Below are positions 8,748-18,650 of a stretch of DNA of 64,000 nt, piece by piece (position 1 is the first letter of the stretch; every line of letters starts with the position of its first letter). The notes beneath the pieces are model-generated. The model was not told the origin of the DNA. It did no database searches and saw only the letters and a list, made by a program, of their open reading frames with translations. A program made the position numbers and the translations under genes. Source of the DNA: an uncultured bacterium (lineage in GTDB: Bacteria > Bacillota_I > Bacilli_A > RFN20 > CAG-826); NCBI GenBank assembly GCA_949299195.1, contig CASFZN010000020.1:48903-112902 (forward strand), read 5' to 3'.

Positions 8748-9567
8748 TAATAGTAGTAACAATAAAAATATTATTAGAATAACTAGTAAAGATAATAAAC
8801 TCATTAAATTTCTTTATAAATTAAGAACTAATTATAAAGAAATAAAGAAGAATAATATCTTTATAGTAGAAGGAGAACATTTAGTAAAAATGGCTAATTT
8901 TTCTAAAGTTTTAGAATATGTTCTGACTTTAGAAGAATTAAACTATTTATCATCTAATATTATTCAATATTTAGTAAATGAAGAAATAATGAAGAAATTA
9001 TCGATTAATAAAAGTATTTCTAAAGTAATTGGAGTAGTAAGAATAAAAGATAATAATATAGATAATATCATTGATAATTTAACTAATAATAGTGGTAGTA
9101 ATACTAATAATAAAAACACAATTATTTATTTAGATAACCTTCAAGATCCTGGTAATGTAGGAACTATTATAAGAACTTCATTAGCATTTAATCTTAATAC
9201 TGTTATTTCTACTAACTTTCCTATTTTTTATAATGAAAAAACTATTCAAGCATCTCAAGGAGCTATCTTTAATATGAATTTAATAAAAGGTGATATAACT
9301 TTATTAAATTCATTAAAAGATAAAGGATATAAAATAGTTGCTACTACCTTAAATACTCATTCTATAGATCTAGAAGAATTTAAAACTATTTATAAAAATG
9401 AATTAGATAATATAGTCTTAGTAATGGGTAATGAAGGACAAGGAATAAGTAAAAAAATCGAAGAAATAGCAGATTATTTCGTTAAAATTAATATCTCTAA
9501 TACCATAGATTCTTTAAATGTTGCGATAGCTCATTCAATAGTTTTATATACATTAAAAATAATGTAA
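8734..9567 (+). CDS. TrmH/SpoU family RNA 2'-O-methyltransferase
   Basis: LDNLQDPGNVGTIIRT, VMGNEGQGIS and DSLNVAIA SPOUT motifs. Confidence 0.88.
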   Translation: MEKSSNSSNNKNIIRITSKDNKLIKFLYKLRTNYKEIKKNNIFIVEGEHLVKMANFSKVLEYVLTLEELNYLSSNIIQYLVNEEIMKKLSINKSISKVIGVVRIKDNNIDNIIDNLTNNSGSNTNNKNTIIYLDNLQDPGNVGTIIRTSLAFNLNTVISTNFPIFYNEKTIQASQGAIFNMNLIKGDITLLNSLKDKGYKIVATTLNTHSIDLEEFKTIYKNELDNIVLVMGNEGQGISKKIEEIADYFVKINISNTIDSLNVAIAHSIVLYTLKIM

Positions 9568-9645
9568 AAAGGATGTTGAAATACTAATTATTAATAATAA
9601 AATACCTTTTGTTTTTCATTTTAAAAATCAAAAGGTATTTTATTT

Positions 9646-10875
9646 ATGACTATTTCCTTACTTATTGTTATTTATTTAGTATTTATATCTTTAGGGCTAC
9701 CAGATTCTATTATTTCATCGGCATGGCCTTCTATTAGTGAATCCTTAGGAGTAGAAGCTTCCTATCAAGGAATATTATCTTCATTTATTTCAATAATGAC
9801 GATCATCTCGGCATTTTTTTCTCCTTATTTAATAAAAAAGTTTACTACAAAATATGTAGTTTTATTTTCAATTCTTTTAACTTGTTTAGGATTAATTGGC
9901 GCTAGTTTTATCCCTAATTTCTGGTTATTTTTACTTATTGCAATTCCTTTAGGACTTGGAGGAGGAGCAATAGATAGCGCTTTAAATAACTATGTAGCGC
10001 TTCATTATAAAGCCTTACATATGAACTGGCTTCATAGCTTTTGGGGAGTCGGAGCTTTTGTTTCACCTTTAATTCTTTCTAGTTTTTTAGAAAGCGATAT
10101 TAATGGATGGAGGGTCGCTATAAGAATTTTGGCTTTGATTCAAATAAGCATCTTTTTAATTACTTTATTAACCCTTCCTTTATGGAAGAAAAGTGAAATA
10201 ATTTTCGAAAATAGAGAAAAAATAGTAGAACAAAAAGAAGAAGATAAAAAAGCAGATATTACCCTTAAACAAACCTTTAAAATTAGAGCCTTATTCCCAG
10301 CTTTATTTGCTTTTTTTAGTTATATTGCAATTGAATCATTAACCGGATTTTGGTTTTCTTCAATGATTACTTATGGATTTGTTGATAGTAATGGTAATTC
10401 ACTTGTTCCATATGATTTAGCAACTGAATGGACAACATATTTTTATCTAGGTATTAGTGCTGGAAGATTTATAGCTGGACTTTTATCATTAAAATTTAAT
10501 GAAAAAACTATGATAAGAATTGGAGAAAGCGTTCTTTTTATCGGGGTTATTTTAATGATGATGCAATTTGAAATCTATTTAATGCCGGTTGCTTTAGTTT
10601 TAATTGGATTAGGCTGCGCTCCTGTTTATCCAGCAATTATTAAATCTACTCCTATTAGATTCTCAAAAAAATATTCTCAAAATATTATGGGATTAGAAAT
10701 GGCTTTTGCTTATATTGCTAATTTTACGATTGCTCCACTTTTTGGTCCTATTGCTAATGCCACAACTTTTTTAATACTTCCATATGTAGTTTTTGGCTTC
10801 TTAATCATTCTTATATTAGGTAATGAAATTACCAATTATAAGGTTAAAAAAGTTCCAGAAATTGTATTAAATTAG
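9646..10875 (+). CDS. MFS transporter
   Basis: About 12 TM segments; LGLPDSIISSAWP, GLGGGAIDSALN and MNWLHSFWGVGA motifs. Confidence 0.85.
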   Translation: MTISLLIVIYLVFISLGLPDSIISSAWPSISESLGVEASYQGILSSFISIMTIISAFFSPYLIKKFTTKYVVLFSILLTCLGLIGASFIPNFWLFLLIAIPLGLGGGAIDSALNNYVALHYKALHMNWLHSFWGVGAFVSPLILSSFLESDINGWRVAIRILALIQISIFLITLLTLPLWKKSEIIFENREKIVEQKEEDKKADITLKQTFKIRALFPALFAFFSYIAIESLTGFWFSSMITYGFVDSNGNSLVPYDLATEWTTYFYLGISAGRFIAGLLSLKFNEKTMIRIGESVLFIGVILMMMQFEIYLMPVALVLIGLGCAPVYPAIIKSTPIRFSKKYSQNIMGLEMAFAYIANFTIAPLFGPIANATTFLILPYVVFGFLIILILGNEITNYKVKKVPEIVLN

Positions 10876-10924
10876 ATAGAAATATCTAATAAATTACGAT
10901 ATTATATTAGTTGTTTAAAAATGG

Positions 10925-11135
10925 CGATGAAGAGAAGTAGTAATTAACTTTAATTCTTTTACCAGTGAAGAGTGATGGTGAGAAACTCAAAAAGAATGGT
11001 TAATGAATTCGTCTCAGAGCTTCTTTGATGAAGACGTGTACTTTTACGTAAATAAAGTAAATTAAGTAAGAATTAGGATGGTACCGTGTAGAAGATAATT
11101 TCTTTGCACTCCTATACACTAATTCTTTTTTTATT
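10925..11135 (+). ncRNA. T-box riboswitch, Phe specifier (UUC)
   Basis: Stem I with AG bulge and GGTGAGAA apical loop; specifier TTC at 11008-11010; T-box AATTAGGATGGTACCGTG at 11071-11088; upstream of pheS. Confidence 0.85.
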
Positions 11136-11166
11136 TATTTAAACTATTTTTAAAGATAAAGGGGTA

Positions 11167-12216
11167 ATGGATATGGATCCAAAACAAAAATTTGAAGAAC
11201 TAAGAAATAATGCTAAAAAAGATTTAGAAAATTTTAGTGATTGTCTTCAAGAACTCATTCTTTTAAGAAATAAGTATCTTGCTAAAAAAGGACTTATTCC
11301 TTTAATGATGAATAATATTAAAGATGTCGAAGATAAGAAGGCTTTTGGAGAATTATATAATTCTTGTAAAAACGAAGTTGAAGCCTTATTTAATGCTAAA
11401 ATTAGTGAACTTGAAGCTAAAAAATTAAATGAAGAATTAAAAAAAGAAAAGATAGATATTACTCTTCCTGGAAATAATTATGATAGGGGGGTTGCTAATC
11501 CTTTTTATAAAGTAATTAATGAAATTGAAGATATCTTTTTAGGAATGGGATATTCAATTGAAACTGGTCCAGAGGTAGATTTTGATAAGTATGTTTTTGA
11601 ATTATTAAATATTCCTCATGATCATCCTGCTAGAGATATGCAAGATACTCTATATATTGATAACAATTTATTACTTAGAAGCCATACTTCAAGTGTTCAA
11701 GCTCACGTTATGGAAAAAGCAAAAGGAAAACCAATTAAAATTATCTGTCCTGGAAAAACATATCGTAGAGATAACGATGATATGACTCACTCCCATCAAT
11801 TTGCTCAAGTTGAAGGCTTAGTTATCGATAAAAATATCAATTTAGGTAATTTAAAAGCTACTTTAGAATTATTTGCTCAAAAGATGTTTTCTAAAGACAC
11901 CAAGGTTAGATTTAGATCTTCTTTCTTCCCATTTACAGAACCATCTGTAGAAGTAGATATTTCTTGTTTTAACTGTAAAGGCAAGGGATGTAATATCTGT
12001 AAAGGTACTGGATGGATTGAAATTTTAGGTGCTGGAATGGTCCATCCTAATGTTTTAAGAATGTCAGGATATGATCCTGAAGTTTATAGTGGATTTGCTT
12101 TTGGAATCGGCATTGAAAGAGTCACAATGCTTAAATATGGAATCTTAGATATTCGTAAATTTTATCAATCAGATTTAAAGTTTATAGCAGAATTTAAGAA
12201 GGTAGTGGAGGAATAA
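11167..12216 (+). CDS. pheS: Phenylalanyl-tRNA synthetase alpha subunit
   Basis: HPARDMQDT, HSHQFAQVEG, FFPFTEPS and GFAFGIGIER motifs. Confidence 0.98.
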   Translation: MDMDPKQKFEELRNNAKKDLENFSDCLQELILLRNKYLAKKGLIPLMMNNIKDVEDKKAFGELYNSCKNEVEALFNAKISELEAKKLNEELKKEKIDITLPGNNYDRGVANPFYKVINEIEDIFLGMGYSIETGPEVDFDKYVFELLNIPHDHPARDMQDTLYIDNNLLLRSHTSSVQAHVMEKAKGKPIKIICPGKTYRRDNDDMTHSHQFAQVEGLVIDKNINLGNLKATLELFAQKMFSKDTKVRFRSSFFPFTEPSVEVDISCFNCKGKGCNICKGTGWIEILGAGMVHPNVLRMSGYDPEVYSGFAFGIGIERVTMLKYGILDIRKFYQSDLKFIAEFKKVVEE

Positions 12217-12221
12217 AATTT

Positions 12222-14633
12222 ATGTTAGTAAGTTTAAAAGAGGTCGGAAAATACGTAGATATTTCTTCATTAACTCCTGAAGAAATCGCTTCAAAATTAA
12301 CTTTTGCTGGAATTGAGGTAGAAGAAATTAAAAAAAGTGCTAATGCTACTAATTTAGTAATTGGCGAAGTTTTAACTTGTGAAAATCATCCTAATAGCGA
12401 CCATTTACATGTTTGTAAAGTAGATATAAAAGGCGAAATATTAGATATAGTTTGCGGCGCTCCTAATGTTAGAAAAGGATTAAAAGTAATTGTTGCTAAG
12501 GTTGGAGCAAAATTAGGTGATAAAACTATAAATGCTGGTGAAATTAGAGGCGTTAAATCTAATGGAATGCTCTGTGCTTTAAATGAACTTGGAGTTGACC
12601 CAAAATACTTAAAACCTGAACAAATCGCAGGTATTGAAGAATTAAGCGATGATGCAGTTGTAGGAAATGAAGATGTTTTAGGTTATTTAGGACTTGATGA
12701 TACTATTTTAGAATTAAATCTTTTAGCAAATAGAAGTGATTGTTATTCCCTTTTTAATGTTGCTAGAGAAATTGGAGGATTATTTAATCTTCCAGTTAAT
12801 ATTCCTGAATATGACGAAATTAAAACCTATGAAGATAATGAATTTGTTATCTCTAGTGAAAGTGATAATTCTCCGCTATTTTATGGAAAAATCTTTAAAG
12901 GAATCGAAGTAAAAGAATCACCATTATGGCTTAAAAATGTTCTTCAAAGTGAAGGGATTAGATCTATTAATAATTTAGTAGATTTAGGAAATTATGTAAT
13001 GCTTTTAACTGGTCAACCAGTACATCTATATGATTATGATAATTTAAAGAAAAAAGAATTAATTATTAAAGATGATATTAGTGAAGAGTTTGTAGCTCTT
13101 GATGATAAAACCTATTCAATTATTCCAGGAGACTTATGTGTTACCTCTAATAATGAAACCATGTGTTTAGCAGGAATTATGGGTGGAAAATATAGTGAAA
13201 TTGAACAAACAAGTAAAAACTTTGTTTTAGAAGTAGCTAATTTCCATTTTGCGTCTATTAGAAAAACATCTACTAGACTTGGATTAAGTAGTGATTCATC
13301 TTTAAGATTCTCTAAAGGTATTAATAAAGATCAAGCAGATTATGTTATTAATCTCTTTACTCACTTACTTAAGGAAGTGAGTAAAGTAGATAGTATCTCT
13401 CAAACAATAATTTATGATACTTTAACTCATGAAAATAAAGAAATTGAATGTTCTTTATCTTATATAAATAATAGATTAGGAAGTAATTTTACTATTAATG
13501 AAGTAAAAGAATGTTTAACTAGATTATCATTTAAAGTTATAGATTTAGATGAAACTAATAATACATTCAAAGTATTCGTTCCTTCTTTTAGAATCGATGT
13601 TAATGAAAAAGCTGATTTAAGTGAAGAAGTTATTAGATTCTATGGTTTTGATAGAATCACTAACGAACTTCCAGTTATGGAAACTACTCGTGGTACTTTA
13701 TCTCCTTTAAGAGTTAAAGAAAGAATGATTGAATCCTATTTATTAAGTAATAATTTTAATGAAGTTTTAACCTATACCCTTATTTCTAAAAAAGATAATG
13801 AAATGTTTAATTATTTAAATAATAGTGAATCTATTCGTATTTTTAACCCATTAAGTGAAGATAGATCAATCATTAGAAAGAATTTATTATCATCCCTATT
13901 AAGAAACGTTGAATATAATTTAAATCATCAAAACTATGATTTTAATGTCTTTGAAATTTCTAATGTTTATTTTGGGGTTAATAAAGAAGAAACTCATTTA
14001 GCTTTAGCGATGATTGGAAATAAATTACTTCAAGATGATATCGTTTTAGGTCCTAAAACTTTTTATGATGCTAAAGGTGTTTTTGAAGGCATCTTAAATA
14101 TGCTTAATATCGATTCTAACCGTGTTAAATATAATTTATTAAGCGAAGAAGAACTTTCAAGAAATGAGTTCCATCCTTATAGAAGCACAAAAGTAGTTAT
14201 TGATGGAAAAGTTGTTGCAGTTATTGGAGAAATTCATCCACTTAAAAGAAATGAATTCTCTATAAAAAAAGACTGTGTTGTATTAATGGAAATTAATTTA
14301 ACTAATTTATTTAATGTAAGAAGTGCTAATAATAAATATTTAGAATTCTCTAAATATCCTAGTGTTACTAGAGACTTTGCATTCATTGTTAGTGAAGAAT
14401 ATAAATATATTGATATTAGAAATGAAGTTAAAAAATGTTCTTCGTTAATTAAAGATGTTAAATTATTCGATATTTATAAAGGTGAACATGTTGAAAAAGG
14501 ACATATTTCTCTTGCTTTATCAATTACATTAGAAAAACTTGATTCTACTTTAAAAGAAGATGAAATTAATGCAGTTGATAATAGAATTAAAGAATCTTTA
14601 ATTAATAAATTTAAAGTTAAATTTAGAGGATAA
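12222..14633 (+). CDS. pheT: Phenylalanyl-tRNA synthetase beta subunit
   Basis: IVCGAPNV, SNGMLC, ANRSDCYS, RIDVNEKADLSEEVIRFYG and a C-terminal FDX-ACB domain (SVTRDFAF). Confidence 0.98.
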   Translation: MLVSLKEVGKYVDISSLTPEEIASKLTFAGIEVEEIKKSANATNLVIGEVLTCENHPNSDHLHVCKVDIKGEILDIVCGAPNVRKGLKVIVAKVGAKLGDKTINAGEIRGVKSNGMLCALNELGVDPKYLKPEQIAGIEELSDDAVVGNEDVLGYLGLDDTILELNLLANRSDCYSLFNVAREIGGLFNLPVNIPEYDEIKTYEDNEFVISSESDNSPLFYGKIFKGIEVKESPLWLKNVLQSEGIRSINNLVDLGNYVMLLTGQPVHLYDYDNLKKKELIIKDDISEEFVALDDKTYSIIPGDLCVTSNNETMCLAGIMGGKYSEIEQTSKNFVLEVANFHFASIRKTSTRLGLSSDSSLRFSKGINKDQADYVINLFTHLLKEVSKVDSISQTIIYDTLTHENKEIECSLSYINNRLGSNFTINEVKECLTRLSFKVIDLDETNNTFKVFVPSFRIDVNEKADLSEEVIRFYGFDRITNELPVMETTRGTLSPLRVKERMIESYLLSNNFNEVLTYTLISKKDNEMFNYLNNSESIRIFNPLSEDRSIIRKNLLSSLLRNVEYNLNHQNYDFNVFEISNVYFGVNKEETHLALAMIGNKLLQDDIVLGPKTFYDAKGVFEGILNMLNIDSNRVKYNLLSEEELSRNEFHPYRSTKVVIDGKVVAVIGEIHPLKRNEFSIKKDCVVLMEINLTNLFNVRSANNKYLEFSKYPSVTRDFAFIVSEEYKYIDIRNEVKKCSSLIKDVKLFDIYKGEHVEKGHISLALSITLEKLDSTLKEDEINAVDNRIKESLINKFKVKFRG

Positions 14634-14635
14634 TT

Positions 14636-15151
14636 ATGGGATTAATTTTTAATATAGAGTCTTTAAAAGATCATAAAATTGAAGTAATTAATTATAGTGA
14701 AAAGGATTATTTAGATTCTTTAAATAAACTTAATCATTGTGGTGATATTAAATCTTTTAAAGGAATTGAAGGTGAAATTAAAATCATTAAAATTAAAGAT
14801 TTATATGATATTAAGTTTAATGTAAAAGTAGAAATAGAAGCTATTTCTACTTATACCTTTAATGAATTTATTTATACTGAACATTTAACTGATGAATTAT
14901 TTATAACTAATAATAAAGATATGGAAGATGATGAAGTAATTTATGAAGAATCAACTTCCTTAGATTTAGACCAATTAGTCTATTCCTTAGTAGTTGTTAA
15001 AATACCTATTGATTTGCATAAAGAAGGTGAAACTCTTCCTAGTGGAAAAGGCTTTAAAGTATATTCCGAAGATGAATTAGAAGAAGAGCTTGCTAAAGAA
15101 GAAAGTGAATCTTCGCCTTTTGATGTATTAAAGGATTTAGACCTAGATTAG
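14636..15151 (+). CDS. YceD/DUF177-like protein
   Basis: Size, acidic composition and C-terminal SPFDVLKDL resemble DUF177; the Cys pairs are absent. Confidence 0.55.
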   Translation: MGLIFNIESLKDHKIEVINYSEKDYLDSLNKLNHCGDIKSFKGIEGEIKIIKIKDLYDIKFNVKVEIEAISTYTFNEFIYTEHLTDELFITNNKDMEDDEVIYEESTSLDLDQLVYSLVVVKIPIDLHKEGETLPSGKGFKVYSEDELEEELAKEESESSPFDVLKDLDLD

Positions 15152-15202
15152 TGCTAGATAAGTACTAGACTAGTAAAGAATCGGTAGTTTTATAAAGCAT
15201 AT

Positions 15203-15232
15203 AAGTGGGGGTTTTCCTCCACTTTTTAATTT
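15203..15232 (+). terminator. Terminator of the pheST-yceD operon
   Basis: AAGTGGGGG / CCTCCACTT stem followed by T runs. Confidence 0.6.
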
Positions 15233-15342
15233 TTTCTCCCACTTTGCTCCTTTTATGTCCAATTTGATTAGCTTATAATATGCTTAGTTTAAAAAAAGTA
15301 CGATAAAATACGTACTTTTTAAATTAAAAACTTTTATACTTA

Positions 15343-15386
15343 AAAACTACTAGAAAACTACTAAAAATTTACTAAAAAACTTTAAA
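15343..15386. repeat. 11-bp phased array AAAAYTACTAR (x3-4), reverse complement of the 6443 array
   Basis: Units at 15343, 15354, 15365 and 15376. Confidence 0.6.
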
Positions 15387-15392
15387 AAGTGC

Positions 15393-15454
15393 TTGTGTTT
15401 ATTTATATATATAGTAAAATATAGTCATGTGGTAGAAAGTGGGATAATTTGGAA
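15393..15454 (+). promoter_or_regulatory. mraZ promoter with three 10-bp-spaced MraZ boxes
   Basis: TTGTGT-16nt-TAAAAT, then GTGG (15429), GTGG (15439) and TTGG (15449), matching the GTGG-type 10-nt-period MraZ operators of Firmicutes and Mollicutes. Confidence 0.7.
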
Positions 15455-15456
15455 TT

Positions 15457-15894
15457 ATGTTTATCGGAAGCTATGATTACACTATCGATTCAAAATCTAG
15501 ATTAGTTATTCCATCCAAATTCAGAAATGAAATTGGTAACGAAACTAATGTTTATTTAACTAGAGGTTTTGATGGTTGTATCTCAATTTATAAAGAATCC
15601 GATTTCCAATCCTTTATCCTAAGGTATCAAGCCCACAGTTATGAAAAAAGTGAAGTTCGTCAAGCTCTTCGTAGTTTCTTAGATTCTGTGGTTCAAATTA
15701 CAATCGATTCCCAAGGAAGAATTCTTATTCCAACTAAAGTATTAGAAAAGTATAAGATCAAATCCAAGGTTCATATTCTAGGAGCCATTGACCATTTCGA
15801 AATTTGGGACAATGAAATCTGGAATAAACAAGAAGACGAAATCGATTCTAAATTTGAATTAAATGCCGAGAAGATATTCAAAAATGAAGAGTAA
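15457..15894 (+). CDS. mraZ: Division/cell-wall cluster repressor MraZ
   Basis: Two AbrB-like repeats: IDSKSRLVIP and IDSQGRILIP...DHFEIW. Confidence 0.93.
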   Translation: MFIGSYDYTIDSKSRLVIPSKFRNEIGNETNVYLTRGFDGCISIYKESDFQSFILRYQAHSYEKSEVRQALRSFLDSVVQITIDSQGRILIPTKVLEKYKIKSKVHILGAIDHFEIWDNEIWNKQEDEIDSKFELNAEKIFKNEE

Positions 15895-16825
15895 TGAGCA
15901 TTATTCAGTCCTTCTAAAAGAATCAATCGAAGGATTAGAAATTAAAAAGGATGGTATCTATGTCGATATGACCTTAGGAAGAGGCGGCCATAGTGAAGAA
16001 ATCCTTAAAAGGTTAGATAAAAATGGAAGACTATATTGTTTCGATCAAGATAAAGAAGCGATTGAATATTCCTATGAAAGATTAAAAAAAGTTAGTGATA
16101 ACTTTGAAATAATCTATTCTAACTTCAAAAATGTAAAAGAAGAACTTCATAAAAGACACGTTGATAAAGTCGATGGCTTCTTATTCGATTTAGGTGTCTC
16201 ATCTCCTCAGTTTGATGAAGATTATCGCGGTTTCTCTTATCGATACGATTCAACACTTGATATGAGAATGAATCTAAATAATAAGTTAAGCGCTAAAGAA
16301 GTTATCAACACCTATTCTTTAAATGATTTAGTTAAAATCTTTAAAGAATATGGAGAAGAAAAATACTCATATAGTATTGCTAAAAAGATTGTAGAAACTC
16401 GAAAAGTAAAAGAGATTAACACTACATTTGAATTAGTAGACCTAATAAAAGCTTCAATTCCGGCAAAAGAACTTTATAAGGACAAACATCCTGCTAAAAG
16501 AATCTTCCAAGCATTAAGAATTGAAGTTAATGATGAGTTAAATGTCTTAAAAATCGCACTTAATGATTCGCTATCGATGTTAAATAAAAACGGAAGAATC
16601 GTAGTCATCTCCTTCCATTCCTTAGAAGATAGAATCGTTAAAGAAATCTTTAAATCCGTCAGTGTTATTAAAGGAAATAGAAATAACGATTATATCCTTC
16701 CTAAAGATATGAAAGAAGCTGATTATGAATTAGTTAATAAAAAAGTAATTCTTCCTAGTAATGAAGAAATCGAAGAAAATCATCGAAGTAAAAGTGCCAA
16801 ACTTAGAATCTTAAAAAGAAAATAA
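15884..16825 (+). CDS. rsmH: 16S rRNA m4C1402 methyltransferase
   Basis: HYSVLL, VDMTLGRGGHS, DLGVSSPQ, FQALRIEVNDEL and ISFHSLEDR motifs; likely start ATG 15884. Confidence 0.97.
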   Translation: MKSNEHYSVLLKESIEGLEIKKDGIYVDMTLGRGGHSEEILKRLDKNGRLYCFDQDKEAIEYSYERLKKVSDNFEIIYSNFKNVKEELHKRHVDKVDGFLFDLGVSSPQFDEDYRGFSYRYDSTLDMRMNLNNKLSAKEVINTYSLNDLVKIFKEYGEEKYSYSIAKKIVETRKVKEINTTFELVDLIKASIPAKELYKDKHPAKRIFQALRIEVNDELNVLKIALNDSLSMLNKNGRIVVISFHSLEDRIVKEIFKSVSVIKGNRNNDYILPKDMKEADYELVNKKVILPSNEEIEENHRSKSAKLRILKRK

Positions 16826-16888
16826 AATTGAAATTCAAGATTTAATTAAAAATATTTAAAAAAACAATAATAGGAGTGTAAAAGTCAT

Positions 16889-17104
16889 ATGGAAATGAAA
16901 GATAAAATTTATAGAACAAATCATAAAAAAGGTTATTACTATTTAAAGAAAATTGGTCTTTATACCTCAATTGCTATTGGAGTTTCAGTTTTATTTGCAA
17001 TTCCTGTTTCTATTGTTAAAAGTTTAGTTAGAGTTGAACCAATTAGTGAAACTATTTCTAACCCAACTTTAGAAGATAAAGAAGTAGGAACTTTAGAATT
17101 CTAA
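16889..17104 (+). CDS. Small bitopic membrane protein at the ftsL position
   Basis: AGGAG RBS; basic N-terminus and a single hydrophobic segment IGLYTSIAIGVSVLFAIPVSIV. Confidence 0.65.
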   Translation: MEMKDKIYRTNHKKGYYYLKKIGLYTSIAIGVSVLFAIPVSIVKSLVRVEPISETISNPTLEDKEVGTLEF

Positions 17105-17332
17105 TTTTCTTTTCTTGTTAATTTAAAAATTAATTCTTTTAGAATCCTTAATATATAATTTCCCCCTTTAAATAAAGAGTCGCTAAAATAAAGTAGTTCG
17201 CGACTTTTTATTTTTATATCTTTTTATATATTTTTAAATTCAAAAATACCGATAACTACTATAAGTAATATATTACTTATAAAGTGTTATATTTCATTGT
17301 TTTTTATTCATTTTCATATTAAAATTATCAAT

Positions 17333-18571
17333 ATGGATAAAACTGTAGCTGCAATTGAGATAAAAAATAGTAATTTTAAATTATTAATTGGATATCTTTT
17401 TGAAAATAAGATCAATGTTTTATATAAAAAGACCTATCCTTTAAGAATTTCTAATAAAGATGGGGATATTTATGATTTAAATTCTTTAAGTGAAGACTTA
17501 AAACAAATAAAAAATATCTCTGACCCTAAAAAAAGATTAAGAGTTGATATCAATGAGGTAGTTTTGGCGCTCCCTCCTTTTGGACTTGAAGTATATGAAG
17601 CTAGTAAAACAACTTCAACTGTTGATATCGATGCTAAAATCAATAAAACTGATATCTCTAACTGTTTAAATATGTTTAAAAAGTTATCATATGATACTAC
17701 TAATTCATCAATAGTTGATATTGTTCCTTTTGCTTTTAGTGTCGATGATAATCGTACATTTTTTACTCCACCTTTAGGAGAAACTTCTAAATCCTTAATG
17801 ATTAACGCTCATATTTATATGATGCCTACTAGAATCGTTGATTCTTTTAAAAAAGCAATTAAAAATGCTGGATTAGAAGTAAGTAGAGTGGTTATTGAAC
17901 CTTTAGGCGTTAATTCATTACTCAATTTAAATAAGATTGAATACGATAACTATTTACTCGTTGATTATAATAAAGACAATACTGTTGTTTCATTTTTAGG
18001 TAATAACCGTTTATATGCTTCAAAATTCTTCTCGGTTGGTGGCAACGAAATTACTAAATCAATTGCAAATTCCTTTGAAATTTCAATGGATAAAGCTGAA
18101 GAAATTAAGTGTTTATATGGCCTTGATTTAAGAGAAACTGCTTTTAATGCGCCAATATTAAGTGTTATTGGAGAAGATAATGTTTCCCGTAAACACAACA
18201 TTAAAGAATTAAGAGAAATCATTGAACAAAATCTTGTTCAATGGAATGTTTTATTTTTAAACTGCATCAATACTCTTTTATATGATTATGGTGATTTAAA
18301 AGAATCAATTCCAATTGTTTTTACGGGCGATGCAACACTTTTAAACGGATTTAAAGATTTTATCTATAAAAATTATCCTAATAACGATGTTAGATTCTAT
18401 AGTAATGATTCAATTGGTGCTTTAAAACCTGGGGATGTAAATTTACTTGGAAGTGTCGCTTTTGTTTCAACCTATAAAGGTAGTTTAGAAGATGAAGTAA
18501 GAGTTGAAATTAAACACGTCTCTAGAAAGAAAGAAAAAGAAATCTATAGAGAAGATGAAGATGAATTATAA
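17333..18571 (+). CDS. ftsA: Divergent cell division protein FtsA
   Basis: Directly upstream of ftsZ; retains GGNEITKSIA...AEEIK.LYG and FSVDD; likely start ATG 17333. Confidence 0.8.
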   Translation: MDKTVAAIEIKNSNFKLLIGYLFENKINVLYKKTYPLRISNKDGDIYDLNSLSEDLKQIKNISDPKKRLRVDINEVVLALPPFGLEVYEASKTTSTVDIDAKINKTDISNCLNMFKKLSYDTTNSSIVDIVPFAFSVDDNRTFFTPPLGETSKSLMINAHIYMMPTRIVDSFKKAIKNAGLEVSRVVIEPLGVNSLLNLNKIEYDNYLLVDYNKDNTVVSFLGNNRLYASKFFSVGGNEITKSIANSFEISMDKAEEIKCLYGLDLRETAFNAPILSVIGEDNVSRKHNIKELREIIEQNLVQWNVLFLNCINTLLYDYGDLKESIPIVFTGDATLLNGFKDFIYKNYPNNDVRFYSNDSIGALKPGDVNLLGSVAFVSTYKGSLEDEVRVEIKHVSRKKEKEIYREDEDEL

Positions 18572-18650
18572 AATATAAAAAATATACGATATTATTCGTT
18601 AAATATAATTAAAGTAGAAAAAATAATAAGTAATAAGGAAGGGTAAAAAT

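Noticed and set aside
9040-9120. Asn-rich stretch in the TrmH protein as a functional repeat
   Set aside because: It is a low-complexity linker consistent with AT-driven slippage and has no regular unit.
15152-15456. rpmF (L32), expected after yceD
   Set aside because: I could not find an L32-like frame; the region is a terminator, repeats and the mraZ promoter.
17297-17332. Upstream TTG/GTG starts given in the ORF track for ftsA, the CBS gene, rnhC, the neopullulanase, valS and 53885
   Set aside because: Downstream ATGs have better RBS or promoter context and match the family N-termini.
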